Of a stretch of 32,000 nt of DNA, positions 17,796 to 25,457 are shown piece after piece. The notes under the pieces are model-generated. The model saw only the letters and a program-made list of their open reading frames with translations, was not told the origin of the DNA and ran no database searches. The position numbers and the translations under genes were made by a program. Origin of the DNA: Nitrosomonas europaea (GTDB taxonomy: Bacteria; Pseudomonadota; Gammaproteobacteria; Burkholderiales; Nitrosomonadaceae); the NCBI RefSeq assembly GCF_900167395.1, contig NZ_FUWK01000007.1, positions 1-32,000 of the forward strand, given 5' to 3'. How positions within the stretch are numbered: position 1 is the stretch's first letter; the number at the start of each line of letters is the position of its first letter.

Positions 17796-20108
17796 TCAAA
17801 ACATCGGACTTTCCGTCTGATCAGTGAACTCGGGATCCTGGAAAGAGTAATCCATTTCAGGCGGAAGCTGCTCCTGAAAGAAGTATTCATTGAGTGTTCC
17901 GAATATATCTCTCATGCCTGTCTCAGGATTGATTTTCGCTACGATGATGCCTTTGGGAGATGAAGTTTTTGCAACCGGTATCGATTTGAGTGCCGTGGCC
18001 ATGTAGTCGATCCAGATGGGTAAAGCGGCCTGCCCTCCGGTTTCTCTGTTTCCCATGGATCTGGGTTCATCGAATCCCATCCAGGTAACCGCCACCAGAT
18101 CTTTCTGATAACCGCAGAACCAGGCATCGACCGCGTTACTGGTCGTCCCCGTTTTTCCTGCAATGTCATTACGTTTGAGCGCTCTGGCCCGGGCAGCGGT
18201 TCCTCTCTGGACGACATCCTGCATCATGCTGGTCATCAAAAATGCATTGCGCGGGTCGATGACCTGTTTGGCATTTCGGCCGGCAGTGGCAAAGCGGGCC
18301 TGTTCGATGATGTTTCCGTGTTCATCCTCGATCCGCTCAATGAAATAGGGATGAATGTGGTAGCCCCCATTGGCAAAAGTGGCATAGCCGATGGCCATCT
18401 GCATCGGTGTGGCCGAGCCGGCACCGAGTGCCATGGGAAGGACTGCCGGGTGATGTTTCTTATCGAAACCGAAACGGGTGGCGTAATCCTGCGCGTAAGC
18501 CGGGCCAATCGCCTGAAGAATACGGACCGATGCCAGGTTTTTGGAATGTGTCAGTGCGGTGCGCATTCTGATCGGGCCGCTGAACTTGCCATCATAATTC
18601 CTGGGTTCCCAGGCTTTGCCGCCAGTTTGCTCCGGCCCCAGATACAATGGTGCGTCATTGATGATCGTAGCCGGGGTAAAGCCTTTTTCAAGTGCGGCAG
18701 AATAAACGAACGGTTTGAAGCTCGATCCCGGCTGGCGCCAGGCTTGCGTGGCATGATTGAATTTGTTGAGGTGGTAGTCAAACCCGCCTACCAGTGCACG
18801 AATGGCGCCATTGTTCGGGTCCATGGCAACCAGTGCAGCTTCGATTTCTGGCAGCTGAACGATCTGCCAGCTACCTTTTTCCGTTTTCTTCACCCGGATC
18901 AACGCACCAGGGCGTATCCGCTTCTCGCCGATTTTGGGATCGTTACTGAGAAATCGGTGAGCTGCTTTCAGACCATCCCCTGTGATCCGGATGGTTTCGC
19001 CATTTTTGCGGAAGGCTTCGACGGCACCGGGCGTAGCAGACAGAACGACTGCTGCCAGGATGTCATCGCTGTTGCCGATATCCTGCATGATGTCCTGCAA
19101 TGCTTCGCGGTCCTTGAGATCTTTTGGCAGTTTCAGGAATGCTTCCGGGCCGCGGTAACCATGCCGGGCGTCATACTCCATGACGCCTTTGCGCAACGCA
19201 CGGTAGGCTGCTTCCTGATCCGTTTTTCTCAGCGTGGTATAGACCTTGATTCCGCGAGTGTAGGCTTCTTCACGGTAGCGGTCGTAAACGATCTGCCGCA
19301 CCATTTCTGCGACGTAATCAGCAGGCATGGCGAAGACTTTCACCCGGCGATGAATGGCAATCGCAGTCTCTTTTGCCCGTGCAAACTGTTCAGCAGAGAT
19401 ATATCCGAGTTCGTGCATCCGTTTCAGCACATACTGCTGCCGGGTTTTTGCCCGTTCCAGGTTAACGATCGGATTGAACCGGGAAGGAGCCTTGGGAAGT
19501 CCGGCCAGCATGGCTGCTTCCGCCAGATTGATGTCGGTGAGCTGTTTACCAAAATAAGATTGTGCTGCGGAAGAAAAGCCGTAACTGCGCTGTCCGAGAT
19601 AAATCTGATTGATATACAGCTCGAGGATCTGATCTTTCTCTAAACTGTGCTCGATTTTGAAAGCCAACAAGGCTTCACTGAATTTTCTGGTAAGCGTTTT
19701 TTCCTTGGTCAGAAAGAAATTGCGTGCCACCTGCATGGTAATGGTGCTTGCCCCCTGATGCGCGCCGCCCGCCTTGAAATTGGAATAGATGGCACGTAAA
19801 ACACCAATGTAATCCACCCCGTAATGCTGATAAAAACGATCATCCTCGGCTGCCAGAATCGCTTGTTTGAGTGATTTGGGCACTTCCTCGATTTTGATGA
19901 AATCCCTGCGTTCCTCACCGAATTCACCAATCAGCAAATTGTCGGCACTGTAAATTCTCAGCGGGATTTTGGGACGGTAATCAGTCAGTGTTTCAAGACT
20001 GGGCAGAGAGGGCAGCGTAACCAGGGCAGCAAACACCACCAGCAATGCGGCAAGCAAACCAGTGGCCAGAGCAACCAGGAAAAAACGGTAAAACCAGCGG
20101 AATAACAT
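17796..20108 (-). CDS. mrcA: Penicillin-binding protein 1A (bifunctional glycosyltransferase/transpeptidase)
   Basis: GT51 motifs EDDRFYQH and RKFSEALLA. Transpeptidase motifs SSFKP (SxxK), HSKN and KTGT. There is an N-terminal TM anchor, and the gene is divergent from pilM as in many proteobacteria. Confidence 0.95.
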   Translation of the reverse strand: MLFRWFYRFFLVALATGLLAALLVVFAALVTLPSLPSLETLTDYRPKIPLRIYSADNLLIGEFGEERRDFIKIEEVPKSLKQAILAAEDDRFYQHYGVDYIGVLRAIYSNFKAGGAHQGASTITMQVARNFFLTKEKTLTRKFSEALLAFKIEHSLEKDQILELYINQIYLGQRSYGFSSAAQSYFGKQLTDINLAEAAMLAGLPKAPSRFNPIVNLERAKTRQQYVLKRMHELGYISAEQFARAKETAIAIHRRVKVFAMPADYVAEMVRQIVYDRYREEAYTRGIKVYTTLRKTDQEAAYRALRKGVMEYDARHGYRGPEAFLKLPKDLKDREALQDIMQDIGNSDDILAAVVLSATPGAVEAFRKNGETIRITGDGLKAAHRFLSNDPKIGEKRIRPGALIRVKKTEKGSWQIVQLPEIEAALVAMDPNNGAIRALVGGFDYHLNKFNHATQAWRQPGSSFKPFVYSAALEKGFTPATIINDAPLYLGPEQTGGKAWEPRNYDGKFSGPIRMRTALTHSKNLASVRILQAIGPAYAQDYATRFGFDKKHHPAVLPMALGAGSATPMQMAIGYATFANGGYHIHPYFIERIEDEHGNIIEQARFATAGRNAKQVIDPRNAFLMTSMMQDVVQRGTAARARALKRNDIAGKTGTTSNAVDAWFCGYQKDLVAVTWMGFDEPRSMGNRETGGQAALPIWIDYMATALKSIPVAKTSSPKGIIVAKINPETGMRDIFGTLNEYFFQEQLPPEMDYSFQDPEFTDQTESPMF

Positions 20109-20270
20109 TCAGAGGCAGTGTATGTGTCGTGTAGGGTGAAAAATGATCTAGAACGAAATTATAAAGGGTATATCAATCGTTATTGTATGAATTAACTCAT
20201 TCATTAAGCTGTCAGAATCGGCCTCAGTTGCAGTACCCCGTCCGGATGAAAATATTCCGGTCAACACGTT

Positions 20271-21422
20271 ATGCAAGTGAGAGCAGAAATGGCCTTGAGT
20301 TCATCCATCCTGAAAAAACCTCTCGATATCAAGTTTGATATCGACTTCAGCCTGCTGGCAGGCACCGCTCGCATGTTGGGGGTGGATATCAGCGCCTCGT
20401 CGATCAAGGTGGTGGAACTTTCCAGGAAAGGCAGGTTGCCTCATTCATACCGCCTGGAGCGTTATGTGATCGAGCCCATGCCGGTGGATGCACTACAGGA
20501 TGGCGGAATCAACCAGATCGAACAGGTAAGCGAATGTCTCCGGCGTGCTGTGAAACGGATGGGGGCACGGCAGAAAAAAATTGTCATGGCATTGCCGCTG
20601 ACTTCTGTCATTACCAAGAAAATCAACGTTCCCGCCGGTTTGCGTGAGGATGATCTGGAATTTCAGGTTGAAACAGAAGCCAATCAGTATGTGCCATTTG
20701 CGCTGGATGAGGTCAATCTCGATTTTCAGGTGATCGGGCCGGTTCCCGGTCATCCGGAAGAAGTGGAAGTACTGCTGGCAGCCGCCCGCAAGGATAAGGT
20801 GGAAGATCGGGTGGCAACGGCAGTATCTGCCGGACTGAAAGTGATGGTGATGGATGTCGAGCAGTTTACTGCGCAGGCCGTATCTGCCAGAGCGATCAGA
20901 CAGCAACTGCCGGATGATGGCAAGGACAAAGTGATTGCACTGATAGACATTGGTGCGAGCGTTACCCGGGTCAATGTGCTGTTGAACGGCGAATCCGTTT
21001 ATATGCGTGATCTGTCTTTTGGTGGAGATCAGCTGACACAGGAAATCCAGAACCAGTTCAATCTTTCCCCCGAAGAAGCCGAGATTGCCAAGCGCAACGG
21101 AACATTGCCGGAAAATTACCGGAATGATGTGTTGCAACCCTTTTGTGAAACGGTGGCACTGGAAGTGTCCCGGGCACTTCAGTTCTTTTTTACTTCTACC
21201 CAGTATATCCAGGTGGACTACATTTTTCTGTCAGGAGGGTGCGCAGCCATCCCCGGCCTGGAAGAGATCATCTCTGAACGTACCAAAGTGATTACCCAGA
21301 TCATCAATCCATTTGCTGACATGGAACTGTCCGGCCGGGTCGCACCGAGACAACTGAAAATGGATGCTCCCGTTCTGTTGACGGCCTGCGGCCTGGCCAT
21401 GAGAGGATTTGACCCGTCATGA
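20271..21422 (+). CDS. pilM: Type IV pilus assembly protein PilM (actin-like ATPase fold)
   Basis: LGVDISASSIKVVELS N-terminal motif and its position as first gene of pilMNOPQ. The true start is uncertain (ATG 20271, 20289 or 20373). Confidence 0.9.
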   Translation: MQVRAEMALSSSILKKPLDIKFDIDFSLLAGTARMLGVDISASSIKVVELSRKGRLPHSYRLERYVIEPMPVDALQDGGINQIEQVSECLRRAVKRMGARQKKIVMALPLTSVITKKINVPAGLREDDLEFQVETEANQYVPFALDEVNLDFQVIGPVPGHPEEVEVLLAAARKDKVEDRVATAVSAGLKVMVMDVEQFTAQAVSARAIRQQLPDDGKDKVIALIDIGASVTRVNVLLNGESVYMRDLSFGGDQLTQEIQNQFNLSPEEAEIAKRNGTLPENYRNDVLQPFCETVALEVSRALQFFFTSTQYIQVDYIFLSGGCAAIPGLEEIISERTKVITQIINPFADMELSGRVAPRQLKMDAPVLLTACGLAMRGFDPS

Positions 21423-22030
21423 TACGCATCAATCTGCTTCCACACCGTGAACTCAAACGTAAAGCGCGTCAGCAGCAGTTTGCCGTACTGGCCGGCCTCA
21501 CTGTGATACTGGGTATGCTGATCATATGGGGAGTACACGAAATGGTACTGGATAAAATCGATTACCAGAATGGGCGCAATCAGTATCTGAAGGATGAGAT
21601 CGCCGTGCTGGACCGGCAGATTGCCGAGATCAGATCGATCAGAGAAAAAATTCAGGAAATGCTGGCACGCAAAGGGATCGTCGAATCACTGCAAGGCAAT
21701 CGTGCCAAGGTGGTGCACATGCTGGACGAGGTGGCCAGGCGAGTACCGGAAGGGGTTTATCTGAAGGGCTTCAAGCAGACGAACGAGCATCTCCGTCTTG
21801 CCGGCTATGCCCAGTCCAATGCCTGGGTATCGACACTGATGCGCAATCTGGATGCTTCATCCTGGATGGAATCGCCATTGCTGATCGAAATCAAGGCGGC
21901 TACCGCAAATGGTATCAGGCTCAGTGAATTCGATCTGAATGTCAGGTTGACCGAGTTACCGGAAGAAGGCAGTCATACCGGAGGAGAGGAAATGACATCA
22001 AAAATTACCGCAGCGGCGGGACAACCATGA
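21419..22030 (+). CDS. pilN: Type IV pilus assembly protein PilN
   Basis: Hallmark N-terminus MIRINLLPHRE and a single TM segment. An ATGA overlap joins it to pilM. Confidence 0.88.
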   Translation: MIRINLLPHRELKRKARQQQFAVLAGLTVILGMLIIWGVHEMVLDKIDYQNGRNQYLKDEIAVLDRQIAEIRSIREKIQEMLARKGIVESLQGNRAKVVHMLDEVARRVPEGVYLKGFKQTNEHLRLAGYAQSNAWVSTLMRNLDASSWMESPLLIEIKAATANGIRLSEFDLNVRLTELPEEGSHTGGEEMTSKITAAAGQP

Positions 22031-22677
22031 ACCTGCTGGAAGAGTTGCGTCATGTCAATCCTAATGAGCCGGGAAGCTGGCCGGCTGTAATTAAGGCGGG
22101 TGCGCTTGCACTGTTGCTGGCGACCCTGATGGTGGCCGGTTATTTTCTGGACTGGGAAGAACAGTGGACGACGCTGGAGCAGGTGCGGGAAGAAGAAAAT
22201 ACACTCAGAAGTACTTTTCTTGCCAAAAAGACCAGTGCAGTCAATCTCGATGTTCTGCGCCAGCAACTGGCAGAAGTGCAGCAAACGCTGGGCACCTTGC
22301 TCAAGCAATTGCCCAACAAATCTGAACTGGATGCGCTGCTGGTGGATATCAACCGGGCCGGGCTGGGACGGGGGTTGCAGTTCGAGCTGTTCAAACCTGA
22401 TGCCAGGGAGACGGTGCGGGAGTTCTATGCCGAACTGCCGGTTACCATCAGAGTAACGGGCAATTATCACGATATCGGTGCTTTTGCCAGCGATGTGGCT
22501 CAGTTGCCGCGTATCGTCACGCTGCACAATATCGAGATCACTCCAGGGAAAGATCATCAGCTGATATTCAATGCGACGGCGAAAACCTTTCGTTACCTCG
22601 ACGATGAGGAAATCGCAGCACATAAAAGAGAAATGTCGGAGAAAGACAAACAGAAGAATCCCAAGGGGGCGTCATGA
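22027..22677 (+). CDS. pilO: Type IV pilus assembly protein PilO
   Basis: One TM segment and a coiled-coil plus ferredoxin-like region. Its operon position and ATGA overlaps on both sides support the call. Confidence 0.88.
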   Translation: MNLLEELRHVNPNEPGSWPAVIKAGALALLLATLMVAGYFLDWEEQWTTLEQVREEENTLRSTFLAKKTSAVNLDVLRQQLAEVQQTLGTLLKQLPNKSELDALLVDINRAGLGRGLQFELFKPDARETVREFYAELPVTIRVTGNYHDIGAFASDVAQLPRIVTLHNIEITPGKDHQLIFNATAKTFRYLDDEEIAAHKREMSEKDKQKNPKGAS

Positions 22678-23204
22678 GCAGCCGGTTCAGCTGGTGGATA
22701 GCTGTAATGATGTTGTCATTGGTGGGCGCATGCAGCCAGGAAGGTTATGAAGATCTGGAGTCTTTTGTCAGGGAATCAGGCGCTGGATTGAAGGGAAAAG
22801 TGGATCCCCTGCCTGAAATCAGGCCGCTGGAGCATTTCGTTTATCAGGCGTTTGACATCCCTGATCCCTTCAGCAATCGCAAAAACAAGCCGGGGAAACC
22901 GGATCGCAACGAACTGGAACCTGATCTGAAGCGACCGAAGGAAGCCCTGGAGAGTTTTCCGCTGGAGAACCTCGTCATGGTGGGTTCGCTGCGGCGCGGA
23001 AATAATGTGTTTGGTCTGGTCAGAGCGCCGGATAACTCGGTTCACCGCGTCAGGACCGGTAATTATCTGGGCCAGAATTTCGGCCTGATTACAGGCGTTT
23101 CCGAAGTGGAGATCAAATTGAGAGAGATTACACGGGATAGCGGGGACGAATGGAGCGAACGGGCCAGTGTACTCATGCTGCAAACTCAGGAGCAGAAGCA
23201 ATGA
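22674..23204 (+). CDS. pilP: Type IV pilus assembly lipoprotein PilP
   Basis: Lipobox-like LVGAC after the signal sequence. Operon position is between pilO and pilQ. Confidence 0.85.
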   Translation: MSSRFSWWIAVMMLSLVGACSQEGYEDLESFVRESGAGLKGKVDPLPEIRPLEHFVYQAFDIPDPFSNRKNKPGKPDRNELEPDLKRPKEALESFPLENLVMVGSLRRGNNVFGLVRAPDNSVHRVRTGNYLGQNFGLITGVSEVEIKLREITRDSGDEWSERASVLMLQTQEQKQ

Positions 23205-25357
23205 ACTGGATAACGGGAAACAAAGAGTACGAGAATCGCGTCATCGGGGTTATTCACCGGATCTGGCAATGCCTGCCAGCCTGTATTTTGCTGCTTGCAT
23301 GGGGCTATGTTCAGACTGTAACCGCATCAGTCAATACACTGCGTGCAGTGGATGTCTCGTCACAAACGGATGGCAGGACGGTTGTCAGGGTGACTCTGGA
23401 TAAACCGGTTGAAGTGCCACCTGCCGGAGTGCTGCTGAATGATCCTGATCGCCTTTATTTCGATCTGGAGCAGATGGACAGCGCACTGGGAAAGTCCGGC
23501 AGAATTTCCGGCCGGGGTGTCATCAAAAATATCGATGTCGTACCTGCCGAGGGCCGCATTCGTCTGGTGATGAATTTGTCAAACACGGCGGCCTATGAAA
23601 CCGATGTCGAAGGCAATCATTTATTGATATCGCTCAGGAGCAATGAAATCTCTGGCGGAACTCCCGCCCGTCCGTCCGTTTCGACTTCCAGTCCGGCTAG
23701 AAGTGAAACGATGAGTCTGCGCGATATCGACTTTCACCGGGGTACCCAGGGTGAAGGCAGAGTGGAAGTAGAACTTTCGCAGCCGGGTGCAGTAATCAAT
23801 GTCCATAGTCACGGCAGCAGATTGCTGGTTGAATTCATGAAGGCCTATCTGCCCCCTAATCTCGAACGGCGGTTGAATGTACTGGATTTTGCCACACCAG
23901 TGCAGTCAGTCGAAACGGTTGCCCGGGATGGCAACGTGCAGATGATCATCGAGCCGAAAGGGCGCTGGGAACATACTTCCTGGCAAACCGGCACCAGTTT
24001 CGTGGTGGAAATCAGACCGATGGCTGAAGCCGAAGATATACCCATTCACAAGAAACTGATCGATGGGGGCTATACCGGTGAAAAACTTTCACTTAATTTC
24101 CAGGATGTCGAGATTCGTTCGATTCTGCAGGTGATTGCAGACTTTACTGACCTGAATATCATCGCCAGTGACTCCGTCAAAGGTAATCTGACTTTACGGT
24201 TGAGGGATGTTCCCTGGGATCAGGCGCTGGATATCGTGCTGCAAACGAATGATCTCGATAAACGCAGGGCAGGCAATGTGATTTTCATTGCGCCCCGGGA
24301 AGAAATGGCTGCCCGCGAAAAGCTGCAACTGGAGCAGAACCAGCAAATAACCGAGCTGGAAGTACTGCAAACCGAGGCTTTCAAACTGAATTACAGAACC
24401 GCCAGCTCGATTCCGCTCAAAGGCATTCTGAGTCAGCGCGGTTCGGTGGAAGTGGATGACATCAGCAATACGCTGACCGTTACCGATATTCCCACGCGGC
24501 TGGCAGAAGTGGCAAGACACGTCGCCAACCTCGATACTCAGGTGCGGCAAGTCATGATCGAAACCCGGATCGTCGAAGCAACCGATACATTCAGCCGTAA
24601 CCTGGGAGCTCGTTTCGGGGTGCAGAACGCCACCCGGATCGGCAGCGAGACCAACGGGCGGCGGCTGGGGATTTCCGGCAATTTAGGTAATTCCAGCGGA
24701 TTGGCTGGTGGCACAGTATCCCCTTCTGGCGGGGATAATCTCAACGTCAATCTGCCGGCAGCTGCACTGGCCGGTGTTGCGGGTGGACCGGCCGCACTGG
24801 GCCTGAGCCTGATCAAGATCAACAATGGCACGCTAATCAATCTTGAACTCTCCGCACTGGAGTCGGACAGCAAGGGCCGAGTGATTGCCAGCCCGCGTCT
24901 GGTGACGGCCAATCGCGTGGAGGCAAGTATCGAACAGGGTACTGAAATTCCGTTCCAGACCATCAGCGTGACACGGCCGCAGATCCAGTTCAAAAAGGCC
25001 GTGCTTGGCCTCAAAGTGACACCGCAAATCACCCCTGATGACAACATCATCATGAAACTGCAGGTCAATCAGGATACCCGGGGAGAAAATACACCCGCCG
25101 GACCGGCGATCGACACCAAGCAGATCGTTACCGAAGTGCTGGTGGAAAATGGTGGCACAGTCGTCATCGGCGGTATTTTCGAACAGGTCGAGAAACAGGA
25201 TCGTAATCAGGTACCACTTCTGGGAGACATACCCGTACTGGGGAATCTGTTCAAAAACACTGCGAAACGGGACGATAAACGCGAATTGCTGATCTTCGTC
25301 ACCCCGCGCATCCTAAACGAAAACCTCAGTAACAATATTCGATCTGCATTAAATTGA
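23201..25357 (+). CDS. pilQ: Type IV pilus secretin PilQ
   Basis: ATG 23201 overlaps the pilP stop (ATGA). There are two AMIN-like N-terminal repeats (LRAVDVSSQ...VVRVTLDKP and LRDIDFHRG...VEVELSQPG) and a secretin C-domain (VPLLGDIPVLGNLF, ELLIFVTPRIL). The track start at 23150 is rejected. Confidence 0.95.
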   Translation: MNWITGNKEYENRVIGVIHRIWQCLPACILLLAWGYVQTVTASVNTLRAVDVSSQTDGRTVVRVTLDKPVEVPPAGVLLNDPDRLYFDLEQMDSALGKSGRISGRGVIKNIDVVPAEGRIRLVMNLSNTAAYETDVEGNHLLISLRSNEISGGTPARPSVSTSSPARSETMSLRDIDFHRGTQGEGRVEVELSQPGAVINVHSHGSRLLVEFMKAYLPPNLERRLNVLDFATPVQSVETVARDGNVQMIIEPKGRWEHTSWQTGTSFVVEIRPMAEAEDIPIHKKLIDGGYTGEKLSLNFQDVEIRSILQVIADFTDLNIIASDSVKGNLTLRLRDVPWDQALDIVLQTNDLDKRRAGNVIFIAPREEMAAREKLQLEQNQQITELEVLQTEAFKLNYRTASSIPLKGILSQRGSVEVDDISNTLTVTDIPTRLAEVARHVANLDTQVRQVMIETRIVEATDTFSRNLGARFGVQNATRIGSETNGRRLGISGNLGNSSGLAGGTVSPSGGDNLNVNLPAAALAGVAGGPAALGLSLIKINNGTLINLELSALESDSKGRVIASPRLVTANRVEASIEQGTEIPFQTISVTRPQIQFKKAVLGLKVTPQITPDDNIIMKLQVNQDTRGENTPAGPAIDTKQIVTEVLVENGGTVVIGGIFEQVEKQDRNQVPLLGDIPVLGNLFKNTAKRDDKRELLIFVTPRILNENLSNNIRSALN

Positions 25358-25385
25358 ATTCCTGATACAGTGTTTTGTAAGAAAG

Positions 25386-25410
25386 AAGGGGGCTTGATAT
25401 AGCCCCCTTT
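25386..25410 (+). terminator. Rho-independent terminator after pilQ and left boundary of the accessory operon
   Basis: The stem aagggggc (25386-25393) pairs with gccccctt (25402-25409) around the 8-nt loop ttgatata. TTTATCATT follows, and an A-rich run upstream makes it potentially bidirectional. Confidence 0.6.
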
Positions 25411-25440
25411 ATCATTACTGAATTTGAATCTGTGAAAAAA

Positions 25441-25448
25441 GAGGAGGA
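25441..25448 (+). promoter_or_regulatory. Strong Shine-Dalgarno sequence for the helicase gene
   Basis: GAGGAGGA lies 9 nt upstream of ATG 25458. Confidence 0.6.
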
Positions 25449-25457
25449 TGGGTACAG

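Noticed and set aside
18318-19643. A 441-aa ORF on the plus strand
   Set aside because: It is antisense to mrcA, which carries all the glycosyltransferase and transpeptidase motifs. The translation is Cys/Arg/Phe-rich with no domain signature, so it is a shadow ORF.
23150-23200. Upstream extension of pilQ (track start at 23150)
   Set aside because: It overlaps pilP by 55 nt. ATG 23201 gives the same ATGA coupling seen at every other junction of the operon.
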